From Laetmonice hystrix (taxonomy: Eukaryota): a DNA stretch of 64,000 nt. The position numbers and the translations under genes were made by a program. The notes under the pieces are model-generated. The model worked only from the letters and a program-made list of their open reading frames with translations, was not told the origin of the DNA and made no database searches. The stretch lies in NCBI GenBank assembly GCA_965235115.1, contig OZ249441.1, positions 18,042,001 to 18,106,000 of the forward strand, in the 5' to 3' direction. Below, one piece after another: positions 11,001 to 25,212 of the stretch; the stretch's first letter is position 1, and every line of letters starts with the position of its first letter.

Positions 11001-14000
11001 GGGGGAGTGACCACTGGTCAGTCTGGGTTCTGGGTTGCGGTAAGGCGCACCTGGGAAGGTGGGGCACACCTGGCCAGCCTGGGAAGTCTGGGTGTGGGGG
11101 TGGAGTGGGGCTGGTTGGCTGAGGACCCTTCACTGTCCGGTCAAGGAAGGGTCAACCGCCGGGACCTTTGGCTCCACGTCCTCCGCCTCACGGTCAGTTA
11201 CGTAGGGGTGTGGTCAATCGATGGATATGAGCATCATAAGTCTTTGATGTCTCAGCCCTCACCTCCAGTCAAGTCGGAGCCTTTTCAAATATGGAAGTGT
11301 AGCAAAAAACCCGGTCCTCTCTCAACTTCACCGCTCCTATAACGGGATGGGCCGGACTTCAAATTAAACACAACGGCAATTTCTTATTGCAAATTGCCGA
11401 CGATAATTTCTCCCCCATCAATCATCAAAGACTGACAGATCTACATTACTCGGTGGGACAAAGGTGTAAATCAAACAGGAACAAGGTTAGGACAAAAATT
11501 TATATTGACAATTTCGTTATAAAAGATGCTTCAGCACGAGGTTTTCTGGCTCGTCACCAAAACTGGCAATCACTGCCCATATTATAAAGTCCGCTCAGGA
11601 CATATAGCCAGACAAAACTTTGAACAACTTTTCATAATCGTATCAGACCATAAGGCAACCAATATGTATATTACCGAGTTACAATAGGTTGACAAGTCAA
11701 CCAGTGTCCGAAATGTTTATTGGATACGCCAAGAGTGAAATATTTGAAGATGCACCCCAAATGTGTCAAATTGCCCACTATACGCACAGTCTGGTGTCCA
11801 TACAGCACCCTGAGCGAGCGGTCAGCAGCCCTCAACAGGTGCTCCTGCTGACCGAATGACCACTGGCTACTGACCACAACAGATGGTTCCCTCCCCATGA
11901 TGAATAGGGCCTTACTGTCAATGATATGATAAATAAAATTATGGAGATAAGAGACTCCTTTATGGCTCAGAACTTAAAACTGTCAGCAGGTACATTGGTT
12001 GTGTGTTCTCGGGAGGTCCTCTCATTATTGACGCAAGGGTGGATCAGATAAAAGGCGCACCATGAAAGGAAGCGATTCTTTGAGAAACATTTTTATTTTC
12101 CCCATTTATAAAAATTCAAATATTATAGTCTCTATCTCTGCAAGAAGTGACATTGGAAGAGCTCCTGAGATAACGCACAGTACCCGTCAAAGAACCCCCT
12201 CCCCCCGCCCCCCTCCGCCAACCCCACCGGGCCCTGCCATAGAGGTAAAGGAACCGTTTTTCACAGCGACATGTTGATGATATGATCCACTGAGTGCATC
12301 ACCATGTCACCCTGCTCACCGACACATGTTCAGCTAATAGCGGGCAGACGTCGACTTGACCCGTCAGCGGGGTAAAGCCGCTACCCCACCCTAATCACCC
12401 CCGTCCTGCCAAGCCAACCCTCACTACCAGTCCACTTGTTTGTACAGATCAAAGCTATCTGAGCTGAACGTTGACACCCTATGGTTACCTGACAACAACC
12501 CTCACGGAACATGGCACTGGTGGGACATGGGGGCCATTTTATACCAGATGGCCCATGGGGAGGAGAAATGACAGGATAGGATTCATGTATTTAACTCTAT
12601 CGACATACCACTCGTTTCTACCCCCGATTAATGTAGGCGCCTTATATACTGCCAACTAGGTAAAACTGAAAAAATTATCATACATTCAGTTAACCCTTTA
12701 GAATACACTACCCCTTTCATCTACAGGTATTGAGAAGTTCTGATATATCGTGTACGAGACAGCAGTGTCCAATGATTCCGAGTGAGTGGGGAGGGTGGGG
12801 GTAGTAGTGTGGGGGTGAGGGTCTGTCTACAGGACACCCATGGTCTACAGCCACCGTCTCTGATCACTGAGGTGTTTCCTGTAAACCCGTCTTAATAAGT
12901 CCCCCATTCACCTATAAGTGGTCTACATAATGGTGGCCGATCTGACCCCTTGACCTGTCACCGGGGTGCACTTCCTGGCTGGTGGCCGTCCACCAGGAGG
13001 AGCCACTGACCACACGAGGGGTGGCGTGGCCAGCGGGAGCGTGGGGACACGGGTGGACAATGTCGATACACCTGTCCAGACAAGCTACCCGACCCAGGGG
13101 TGACAACCCGACAATGATCTGATCCCAGTCTCACGGACGGGTGGGGGGGGGGGGGGGACTTCACCCCCGGTCTGGTTATAGCATGTACACCGAATCAACA
13201 GAAAAGGATTTATTTAGCATTTATAAACTTTTGATACACAGATAAATAATTTAACATTCCAACGCTTTTCCCTTTGAGCTGTGTCAAATTAACACCAAAT
13301 CATACCAGTAAGGCCCTCCACAGTAAAAGATAGTTCGAGCCTTGCAATAACCCACTTGTGAATGCCACATAAAATTTTATTTCGGCTGTCCAGTCTCATT
13401 GACACACCTTCCTGGACACTAAATCATGACATGGCCCTAAACCTCCGCACCATCTCTCCCAGACTTATCATTACCAGTAATAAGAAAGGTGAGGAGGTGA
13501 GGGGGATTTTCTCAGGCAGGGTACATGGATGTCATGGGTGTACAAAAGTCAACGAGTGCTAAATCGGCCAAGAGGATCCCAGCGCCTGACCCCAAGTCCC
13601 AGGTCAATGACAAGGGGCGGCCCGGATTGCGTGTCTTTCTATGCTCTCAACACATTGTGTGCATTTCGGCCCGACAAAATCGGGTCCAAACACCGAACCT
13701 GTCGCTCGTTTACCGCGCTTTTATGGAAAAAGGCAACAGTTTGTGGGCATGAGATGTATGCATTGGAACCGGCTGAACCTTAGAAAGTAAGCCAACTGCA
13801 ACTGACTGCGAGACAGTGCTGGCACTGGCGCGTACTTGTTAGTGGTCCTGATGGCATGTCGACATGAGAGTTGCTCACTTGACTGTCAGTGCCCTACCAC
13901 ATCATGTCGCCAGGGGTACGGGTGGACAGTGGCCGGCGGCTGAGGGTAACGTCAGTCCCCAGTACCAGACTCCACCGGACCCGCCCTGCGCCCTTCCTGG

Positions 14001-14892
14001 CTGAACATCACCCCCAAGGGGGACGGCCTGGGAGGGGTGATCTCACACACCCCTGCTGCTGACCAACCGCTGACTCCGCACCCCTGACCCCAACCTGTCT
14101 GCAATAACCCCCCTGCTCCATCTGCGTCAGGTGACTTCACCCGACACCTGAGTGAGAATTCTGACATTATCTCTACCAATCATCTCACCTGTATATCACA
14201 ACAGGCCAGGTGTGCCACAAGACATGAGATTAGCGTCCGACTACAGGTTGCTGTGGTCAGCAGATAGCCACAGGTGACCGCAAACTGACCACAACCTGCT
14301 GTCAGACCAGGGTATTATGATGAAAGGTGTCTCATTACCATCTGCGTCATCAGAGCTTTTCCCATTGACCGTTGGTCAAAGGGACGGCCAAACATCATGA
14401 GAACTTGACCACTGCGTCCACTCTGGGCGTTCAACATGTATAAGCGTCAGTGACGCGGTGCCATCAAAGCAGACGTCAGATGACGCTTCCTGCATTCGTC
14501 ACCATAGTTACCACATCCACCCCGCCCCCCCAAAACGGCCCTGATTCCCCCTAAATGTTAACACATCACATAACGCATGAAATGATCGAGTATTTATGTG
14601 AGTCCGATTCTCCTTGGTGGCCATACACCGCGCTATTATACCTTGACCACCTCCCACCAGAGGGACCCCCAGCAACTTTCAGACTCTCAAATACTTTCAA
14701 TCTAAATCGGAAATAGCTCTAATTGTCACAAACCATCATTCCACAACACCAGACGCAGGGCAGTTTGGCAGTCTGAGACTGAGGCCATCTTCAATTAACT
14801 GCAAACTGAAATTCTACATGGACACGATGTCATCGTTAAACTGTTATCCTGAATAATATTTTAATGAATATGTCAGAGAGTGTGTAATAGTT

Positions 14893-14984
14893 TGGGTATA
14901 TGAATATATATGTCTGTATGGTGAACATGATCATGTTCGGGTATATGAATATATATGTCTGTATTGTGAACATGATCATGTTCG
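14893..14984 (+). repeat. short tandem duplication (2 copies of ~45 bp)
   Basis: gggtatatgaatatatatgtctgtat(g/t)gtgaacatgatcatgttc occurs twice in tandem. Confidence 0.85.
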
Positions 14985-17900
14985 CATTTCCTTCAGTCAT
15001 TCTGAACTTTAGACACTACGATTCTACGATTTTCCTGAAAATATACCGAAAAATGTCTCAGAAAGCTGTCCTTTTGGGGCTCAATGTTTTGTAATCTCTA
15101 ATTTTCTTCAGGGTTGAATGTTCCGCTGATAATAAAGGGGGGGGGGGGGCATTTTGGTGATCCTAATTAGAGTCCATTGGGAAGTGTCTAATACCAGAGT
15201 AAACCATGGGGGTTTCAGAATTTGCTGGGTACTATGTCCAAGCGCCCAATTAGCAGCATTCCGTTCAATAAAGAAATGACAATTCGCCACCAGCATTTTC
15301 TGGTGGGAACTCTGGTTGTGTTAATGGTGAGAAATGGCCGAGGTGACGCTGCCACATGACGTGGACAACGATGGATGGGCGGCAGGATTTGGTGGTCAAT
15401 CATTGTCAGCGGTGGGGTCCGTGGCGCCGCCTGGCGGGAGGAATGTAGACAGCCGTGACCCCGTGCGGGCCGGTCAGTCGGTGACCGACCGGGGCTGTGT
15501 GAGTGAGGGACCGTACCTGGGCATGGGTGTGTGCCCTGTGACACACTGCGCCGTCACCGACACCATACCTGAGAAATCACCCCTGTCACCAGCACATCCA
15601 CCCCGGGACCCATCCCACCCCAGTTTCTCGATCTCCCAACCCTGCCCCGCCTGTGTTTCACACCCCCCCGGCCTGACCCTACCCCCACCTCGAGAGGTTC
15701 CTGTGTCCGGGGTAATTTGCAGGGTTGCGATCCGTATTAACCCCGGCTGACTGACCCCCTCTCGCCGGGATCCAGCGACCACGGTGGTGCTTTCACACTT
15801 AGAGATATCATCCTTCTTGTTTAATGGCAGCCCCCACCGTGGACCCTGCCCCCTACCCTCAAGGCCTGACACCTTCCCAGTCCGCTTGGTCAAGCACTCC
15901 CCGTGCGGGCGGTCCACTCATCACTATCATCAACCCACTGGAGGCGACATAATTGTTAACTAGCCCCTTGTGGATCTCAAACCACTACTTCGCGACTGGT
16001 GGGGTTGATCTTTGGAAACACCCTAAACCCGGTTCACATGGTGCGCGGTCAGTGGGGTCGGAGAGGGTGTGGGACGACACCCAGGGGCTAATGGTTCCTG
16101 ATAATCCGCGACTGAAGCGGTCACGACCAACGCTTTCATGTCCTGAGTGGGTGCAGCAAACCTGTTAAAATAGCCAGATTAGCCTCCGGTGTACAATGGG
16201 AGATGGGGAAAAGCTACGTTTGGGTGAATATGAAACGTGTCAGAAGCCACACAGGAAGACAGCGCTTAAATTATACGGTAACAAAGGTCAAACTCCGACA
16301 TAGTGACGGTCCTTACACCCCCCTCCCACACCCCCCAATCCGTGTCCTAAAGTGTACTTGATCAAAAACCCCGTCCAGGTCAAATCACACCTTCATGAGT
16401 TCTTGTTCAAGGACCCTGGAGCTGAACGAACTCTGACACCCAAAGTTGCGACCAGCATACTGACATCCCATCTCAGGTCAAAGCTTTCCGAGATCAAGGA
16501 CTGCCCTTTCACCAGACACTGGTCATCCCATGGGAAAGCAGGCTCACGGGATGTTACCACCATCATCGAGATAATGAAGTAGTAGCAGACCGGATCATAC
16601 ACCTTTAGTTTAGTTTAGTTTGGACCCATCCATCACCCACCTGTTGAGCCGGTGGAGCAGGCCTCCCGACCCAACTCCAACAATCCTTTCCCCTCTATAC
16701 CTTTTATTCTATAGTCAGAAGAATTAAATCACGTCCCTCCCTTGTCCCCAGTGAATCAATAATAAATCTACTGACTGGCAATCAAGATATTCATTCTGAA
16801 ATACGTAGCAACAACAGACAGGTTTGTGGAGTCGTGAAAGCCGTGCGTGACCATTAGTGTAAGTGTTAATTGAAGCCGTTTCTGTCTGTCCTCCTCAGAT
16901 CCGACGCCCTGCTGAGACCTCCGACCGCTGAGGGCGAAACTCAGTCCCTTGTTTCCCCATCCAAACTGTCGTACCTTGAGGCCCCGGGACAGGGGACCGT
17001 AATAACTCACCCTGGGCTGATATTGATTGGTCAAGGTGTGCTAACGAGTTGACCTGGCAGGGACACTGACCACCTGTGATGGTCACCGTCAACTTGACCT
17101 CAACTTCACACTAATCACGTCTCTCCAACAGTTTGGTTCCCTTCTAATATCCTTTCTCTGGTCTCTGAAAGGTCGGCGACTTTTCTAGTGCACTCAGTGT
17201 GCTCCCTGAGAGAGACCAACCGTCTCGCCATTCCAATCGAGATGTGAAAGTTTGCCGCCCGTTTGGTAACCCAAGAAACCAATGGCACTAAATCGGGAAT
17301 CGGCTTCGTTTTGCTCCAACTGCAGTCGGGAACCAGCCCTCCCGACCGGTTCCCGACTCAGAGTTCGTCCTCGTTGGACAAAGTCGTGACAGTGTACGGC
17401 GGGCTTTAGTCTGAATCTGCCTGGGTAAGGTCAAAAGGGGCGACAGAAAGTCCACTGTCCCGCTCTTCATTCGATTTCCAATCCGATAATTTAAGCAATC
17501 TCAAAAAAGTGAGTTTACAAAAAATCTTTCAAGACTAATAATATGCCAGAATTATGCATATTTTCACCTAAAATTATTCTTTAAAAAAAAGTATTTCACT
17601 ATCTTATCTAAAAGATCGGATGCGAGATCGGATGAAAATCGGGACAGTGCATGGACGCCCGCATTTAATGACATAACTACTGTAATATCCGTCAGCCGTC
17701 ATAACTCTCCTACTTCTAGACCTAATAATTCCCGTGAACGGAAACAGTACCCACGGTACACATACATAAATAGCCGTTTACGATTTTTTCACCCGATGAG
17801 AAGCTCTTACTGCCTCCACTGTCAGTTTAACAAGGCGCTTTTTAAAAAATCGGCCACCGATGCCACGACTTGATCCCGTTTCGCGCCCTTCCTTATGTTT

Positions 17901-19928
17901 AGAAGCAGAAGGTCATAACTTGGCGGGGTGTTTTTACACGAGGCCTAAACCCCTCGCGCTGGGATCCAATCCCACCCTCTGAGCACAGATAATACAATCT
18001 ACAAGCGTTTAAACCACATAATGGTTTTGATTACTTCGCGCGGAGAACTGTGCTTGTCGCAGGCCATATTAATACGAAGTCTTATGTAACGGAATACAAA
18101 AAGAGTCTGAAACACAAAGGTGAGGGGTGTTTTAAAACATCATGGCTGGCCTGGTGAACCGTCTGGTAAGATTTTCCCACCGACAGTGCAGCATGGGACA
18201 GGGTGTGTGTTAAGTTGGCAGGTTGGTTCGATCGTCCAAGCCCAGCTTCGTATATTAAATCATGGTACCTGACGTCTCAAGCCGAGTGCTTGGACCCCCT
18301 TTCCGACACCCTCCAGTCCCTCCATACAGTGTGTCGCCGGCCTGCCTGTCGCCTTTTTATGCAGCACAACCATATGTTTACTTTGAGCCAGTTTATAAAG
18401 CCCCCCCCCCCCCTCCTTCCATCCCACACATACACACAATCCCCCAAGCCCCCTTGTCTTGACAGATCCGAATAGATCCCAACTTCATGCACCTCCAACA
18501 ATGACGATTTCATACACTGTAAATTTGGATATTTTCACTTTCTATTCCGGTTCCCTGTCCGTTACATCCACAGTAACGAAATACTGCTTCGTTAACATTG
18601 CTGTTACATTACTGCTTAGAGCGTCACGAACAACACAGGTAAAGATCTCTGTCACAAGAGCTGAAATTACATATAGCCAGTGAGTAGGCCTAGTATATGG
18701 CAATTTATAGTCTAGGCTCCACGCCTGAGAAGCTTGGCCCTGGTGGTGCGTTTTTCAGGCATTTCCGATCGTACCATGTCAGTCTGTGCACAACTGGTTC
18801 AGTGGACCGTCTCGTCTCGTTTGGATCCTCCAGACGGGCGCTGTTTGCCCTTGATGGGGTGACGGGGACTCCCCTGGTCAACCCCGGCCTGCCCCCTCCC
18901 TCTCCACCCTCCCTCTCTAGTCAATCTATATCTGTTAAAAACCCACCGCCCACCCACCCGCATAGCTCGACGTGTTGGCCGCCACACAGCTGGCTCAACA
19001 TGTGAATAGCATGTTCTGGGCCGTGTTTACTCAGATCCAACGCTCGGCCTGTGAGAATTTCTCTGATCCCATACCTCAACGTCTTCACACATCTAAACCT
19101 CCATACATACCGGCGCCTGACATGCTTGTATCAAAGCTGATACTCTAGCCACCGAAAGCTCGTGTTTGCCAGTACCTATATCTGACCTTCCTGCCGATCC
19201 ATGACGTCGTAGTGTTAATGATATTTCTCTTTCTTCCACCTCAGAGAGTTCGTGATGACTCTATTTAATATAGCTGTACTGAGATACAATATATTGTGGT
19301 AATACCCCAGGATAGGCCGGGGTACTTTCTGAACCCTGTGTAACATATCAGGGGGTTTACGGTGCCGTAAGCAGGGCACATTTCTGTGGTTCGACTGAGG
19401 CCTCCGTCCTGTGGTATCTAGCACGACCCACCTGGTATAATCCAACTACCATCCCATGTTCAACCTCATAAAAACCAGCTCACCATGTGCAATTGACATT
19501 CTGGAACAGCCTTTTTCTATTACACAACTGCTAAGCTATTTACCTTTTATCTCCGATTTTAGAAGCCATATCCTTTCTTTAGTTGTGACGGCTGCAGAAC
19601 CGGACATATTTTGTTTCAAATACAGGCAGATCCTCCATCCTGTCTATCAACGGTTTTTATTTTAGGGGGGGGGGGGGGGGTTATTTGTCGTTTTTTTGTT
19701 GCTAACGCTGATTTCACTTTCAGTTGTAACGCCAAGTGCCAAGAGACGATAACTCTGTCTGGCGTCAAAGTCAACTTTTACACGATGTCGACTAAAATGC
19801 ATAAAAGAACTCAGAAAGAGAGTAAATCTAATCCCAATCTCTTTAAAATTCCACATAATTTATGCTTCAACAATACATCCTGATGCCAGGAACCGGGTCG
19901 TGCCTGGACGACACATAGCCGGGATTAG

Positions 19929-20040
19929 GAAGAGGAGGAACAGCAGGAAGAGGAGGAGGAGGAGCAGCAGCAGGAGGAGGAGCAGCAGCAGCAGAAGGAG
20001 CAGCAGCAGGAACAGAAGCAGACGATGAAGGAGAAGAAGA
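19929..20040 (+). repeat. GGA/GCA trinucleotide low-complexity tract
   Basis: aggaggagcagcagcag-type runs. Confidence 0.8.
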
Positions 20041-21230
20041 CGTAGACGTTCCCCTCATCTCAATGAACACATGACGCGGCTGCCTTGTCCTCACTCAGAC
20101 CAAGACGGCTCGGCAAACAGTGACCTCCAGGATGTCGACGTTATGTCCTTAGCATGATTCAGCTCGTGCTGCACTGAACCCATGATGACCAAGCTGACCC
20201 TCACCAGTGAGAACCATTGACTTGTCAGGTGGTCGGGCTGACCATGTCATGAGATCCCTGCCGCCAACCCGGACCCCTCACCACCTGACAAAGGCTCACC
20301 ATGACCTCTAGCATCATTTAACTTGTTATCTTTCCTCTCATGCAGCGACGGATCTGTAGATGACCAAAGGGGCCCTACTCCTCTTCTTTCCATGGAAGGG
20401 GAGGGGGTAATGAAAAGGACACAGAAAAAATTAAAACGAGGAAAGAATATTACTCTTATTATTATTTCTCACAAATAAAGGAACATTATCAAGAGAAGGC
20501 CAAGTATGTCTGCCCCAGTCTGCGTGCCACTCTACTCCGCTCGTGAGGAGGGGGGGGGGGAGGTTAAGAAGGATGTCATGACCAGCCAATGTCCCTATTA
20601 CTTCCTTCCCAGGACGATGTCGGCCGGACGTAGGACAGAGCCCCCGAATGAAGAGATATAATACGGGGACCAGAGGCGACGGGCGGCCTGGTGTCCGTGG
20701 TTTATGTGGCTGGGTGTCTCCATCTAGACTGGAGGAGTCCCGTACCACTGGGACCCTGGCGACAGACTCGGCCTGATCCAGTTCCGCCAGTACACCCAGA
20801 CAGATCTATGTACGGCTGACAGTGTTGGAATGTCGTACTGAGTGAGGGATGTCAAACTGAACCGCTGGTTCCCGACACTGGAAGGTTAGCTCGCCCACCA
20901 CAGACCTCTCCGTGTCGTTCGAACCCAGCCCACACACAGAGCCAAAGTCGATTTGAACGGATCATGACCAGGTTCCTTACGACCTACCTTCATAATTGAC
21001 TATACTATCTACGATGTTATCAAACGTGTTTTTGAAAACAATATTCTATAATCAGATGATGTTATTCCTCAGGGGTATAACAGGGCATTCGGACCTGAGG
21101 CCGATCAGGCATGGACCACGGTCAAGGGTTTCCACTGTACCGCTCGCCAGAATCCCGTTAGGATCCCGTTAGAATCTCGTCAGGATCCCGTTAGGATCCC
21201 ACCGGATCGCGTTAGGATCCCACGGTCCCA

Positions 21231-21305
21231 CAGGGCCCAGTTCGTAAAAACTTAAGATCTTGCTTAAGCTAAGGCTTAACTCTTCTGATTGGCTAATCTA
21301 AGCAG
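21231..21305 (+). mobile_element. truncated half-copy of the CAGGGCCC palindromic MITE family
   Basis: Starts cagggcccagtt like 6994, and contains cttaag repeats and ctgattggct. Confidence 0.5.
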
Positions 21306-24300
21306 GACCGGGGTATGGAGCCAGGTGTGGGCCTCTCGGTCCGACCCCAAGCCCCCCGTATCGGTCACTTATATATACCTGAGACCACTGGATAGAAACA
21401 CAACCTTCTCTCCCATAGGTGCACTGCCTACCTCCATGGCCTCGAGCTCTTTCAATTAAATTAAGACTTAGGTGAGAAACGGTCTAAAGAAATACAGGAA
21501 GTCCAACAAAAACTTCAAACAGATATAATGGAACCGTGTGTCTTTAGATCTGAACAGACACACTGTGCGTACTCTCACTACCTGAGGTGTCCGCAATACC
21601 ATAATATTATCTCATCAGTTGATTTTTTTCCATACATACAGGATGTATGTAAGAACTATGTATGTATGTATGTATGTAGGTGTGTGTTCTTGTGGCGGGT
21701 ATCGTTAACCTATAGTCCTCGGACAACGACCCTGCAGTTGCTCCACCGTCGGACCGCCCGCCAAGGGCCGATGGATTCTGTTGGGTGCTGCAGGTATTTC
21801 AACAATGAGGGGGCTGGAGGTGGTGGTGGGGAGGGGGGGGGGGGGAGGTATTATGAGAGGTCTCCCAGCCCCATGTCTGGTGGCCCAGTCTCGGGCTCCA
21901 CTTGTTCCCGCCGCCTGTATCCAAGGCCGCTCTATCTGACACAGACCTTGTTTCAGTTTCCTTCCTTTTTGTGCTACTTTGACTGAATCAAAAACAACCA
22001 AAGGCACGGATCCCGACTGCAGTTTTGAACTTAAACATCAAAACTCTAAAAATAAAGTGTTGTGTATTCTTTTTCGGGACCCTTCCCAAATAGAGAGACC
22101 GCCATTTAAATCACTAGGTGTACCCCGCCCCGATAGTGCTGCACCTAGCGGCGACCACTGACACTATTCCAACCAAGCGGTCCGCATCAAGGTTTGACCC
22201 GAGTCCAATCATGTCCAACCAAACCAACCTTTTAAAGAGTTCCTTAAATTACAATATTCTTAAACATAATCATGGACAATATTTGTGAAGACCTGTGAAA
22301 GTTCTACCTGGGAGGGTGACTGGCTCTACTGTAGAAGGTGTGACTGACCTCCTTCGAGTTGACATCACAGTACATACCAGGTAGCCACAAGGTACACAGT
22401 AAATATCTAACCCCGGCCACAGACAGCAAGGTGTAAATGTACCTTAACATAGCATGTCTAATGTAGTCGCTGTGATTACTGACACGATTCAGAAGAACTA
22501 GGAGGTCTCTCGTACAAACAGCGAACTTAAAGGATCACTTAAAGGGGCCTTATATGGACCGTCTTCTGGAGGGAAGTAAATTTTGAATTTCAGTTTGATA
22601 TTTACGTCTTGACATCGTCTCTGTGTGCGATTTTCTTTGACGGCTTAACTGGGGAGAAGAGATAATATTCAAGCATAGTTTAAGCTCTCCGACGACCAAA
22701 ATGTCATTGATGCTTTTGATATTGTATGTCTTTGAATGTCCATTTAAATTTTGCGAGTTTTGTTGAATTAGAAGAATGAAATAGTTCGACGATTGCCGCC
22801 CACTGGTTCCCAAGGTTGGTGTACTGTCACACTTGGCCACATTTTACCATCAGAAAACACAAACTGCTCTGACCTAATCCCTTCCCATCTTTTAACTCCT
22901 TCCAAACCGTACAGGTCATATTGAGGTCTCTACCAGACTGCAGACTTTTAGCTTACCAAAAAAAGATATGTATTATTTTTAATCCTTTCAAAGCTATGTA
23001 CCTTGTGGTGGCACAAAGGGCGCTGGTATCAGGAACGCCGACAGAATAATTCCCTTGGGCGGATTAACGTTCACACTCAATTTTCTTAGCTTTCTTTTTT
23101 TTTAGCACGGAAAGTTTTCCTACATGAGGTTATATAAATCTAATATAGAAATAAATGACACTGATATATTCCAGCGTTCATATTCATGCCGCCCCACACT
23201 TCCCCTTCAAGACCAGCAATGTAAATATGTGCCATCAAAAAGTCTGTTTGATCTGGGTCAGGATCAGAACCATCTTTTACGGAAAGCTATCTTTACCTCT
23301 TGGCTATATTAAAAGCCTTGACTTCCTCCCTCCCCAAATACCGACCCCCTAAAAAAAACTTAAAGCTTTTACAAACAGATGATGAAAACGAATACAAACA
23401 TACGCAGTGATCAAAACATACTTATAATCCCGGTATAAACACAGCAATATCCACAGCACCTATTGTCATAGATTTACATTTCTCCAAACCAACTCCAACT
23501 ACTGGAATGGCAATACAACAATGGGTCTCACTGTTCCCAGAAAGGTGACTTACCATTATCGCTTTTTACAATTTTACACTCAATTAGCATCAGTTAAGTA
23601 CAACAGCTTTGACACATAAAAGCTAATAATATAATGCTAGGTTTCAATGTTAAATGGATCTCGAATGGCCACTGGCCGATCTCTTCTTCCTCTGGCGACA
23701 AAGTTGCCACTTTCCTTTCTTCAGCCTGGTCAGGATCAACAATCTGTGGCCGTAAAAATAAAAGAACCCCCACAAAACTGATTTACTGTGCCATTTTTAT
23801 GAAATTGTTTGAAATGACTTGAACAAAACTACGGGTCAACGTTTTGTGGTGGATCAACAAAAGAAGAATAGAATCTCCAACCCACGTTTTGGAGTATTCA
23901 ATGACTCATCTAGATCTACAGTGACAAATGTTTCACAGGAAATTTCGAAACCTACGTTTTACCTTCTTTCTCATTAAAAAAAATGAATCGGTTTCTTCGT
24001 CTCAATTTTCCGAACCCTGACGTTCATTGTTATAAAGCAGTATATTGATAATAAACTTTTGAGACATTAGGAGTAAAATATATGCGATTTTATGCGACAC
24101 TTTGTTATCCCTACAGTATAGTCCCGTAAAAAAAGGGTGCAGCGCCAGATCCCTTTAACCGGGGTAACAAAGTGGTTTTTAACCCGGCAGGGTGCAGTAA
24201 AGGTTGACACTGAGGGTGTGGGATGCATTCCAACATTTACTTATTCTCTCTATGAATGAGATAGGGGTGGATACGGGGGTGGGTCATTATACCCCTCTAC

Positions 24301-24794
24301 TCCGTACCCCTCCGCTACATATAGAGAACGTTACTATACAGTTCAGCTGGTAGTCATGCCAAATGACGACTGCGGCAAAGGTTAGCAGGTTGAAACGTCA
24401 CTTCTAAACAGAGAGAAACACCTCTCTGACAGCCACCTCACCTGATGACGGTATTTATCATTTCGTGCTGAACTCTATAATTCTAATCTGTATCTTACAG
24501 AACACATCGGATCTGTCTCTCAAGTGTTTCCGTATGGCATCTTCACCATCCCGGCATGATGTAAGAGACCGAAATCAAACGATATGCCGTGAAACTTCAG
24601 CTCATCATGTTAATAGACTTGGTAGTCAGTCCAGCGGTGATCCCTCTCGTCAAAACATATTAAAAACTGAACGAATCCTCGTCTGTGGTTGTAAAATCTG
24701 ACTGATCATACCGCTGTAACGACGTTAAGATCGAATGATCGGAACTGCTCTGGTTCACAAAGGTCTCGTAGTGGAAGAATAGATATGTCAGCTG

Positions 24795-25091
24795 NNNNNN
24801 NNNNNNNNNNNNNNNNNNNNNNNNNNNNNNNNNNNNNNNNNNNNNNNNNNNNNNNNNNNNNNNNNNNNNNNNNNNNNNNNNNNNNNNNNNNNNNNNNNNN
24901 NNNNNNNNNNNNNNNNNNNNNNNNNNNNNNNNNNNNNNNNNNNNNNNNNNNNNNNNNNNNNNNNNNNNNNNNNNNNNNNNNNNNNNNNNNNNNNNNNNNN
25001 NNNNNNNNNNNNNNNNNNNNNNNNNNNNNNNNNNNNNNNNNNNNNNNNNNNNNNNNNNNNNNNNNNNNNNNNNNNNNNNNNNNNNNNNNNN
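24795..25091. other. assembly gap (297 N)
   Basis: Run of N. Confidence 1.
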
Positions 25092-25162
25092 NCACCCGCC
25101 ACCATGCTGGTACCGCTATGTCCTCCCAGACACGTCCACTGACGTCTGCAGGAGGCTCCAAA

Positions 25163-25212
25163 ACATAGGGGGCGCCACCAGTAGTCAGAACTCTTCACCG
25201 CCAGGTGGCGAG
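25163..25212 (+). promoter_or_regulatory. pair of co-oriented CTCF-like motifs
   Basis: acatagggggcgcc and ccgccaggtggcga, compared with the consensus CCASYAGRKGGCRS. Confidence 0.4.

Noticed and set aside
11702-11851. Plus-frame CPKC-x9-L-x2-H resembling a zinc finger
   Set aside because: Lacks the second His and the aromatic residue, is isolated, and has no splice sites.
24661-24794. Open minus frame next to the gap (QLTYLFF...DEDSFSF-stop)
   Set aside because: Only 44 codons, no domain, 5' end hidden in Ns; cannot be supported as a CDS.
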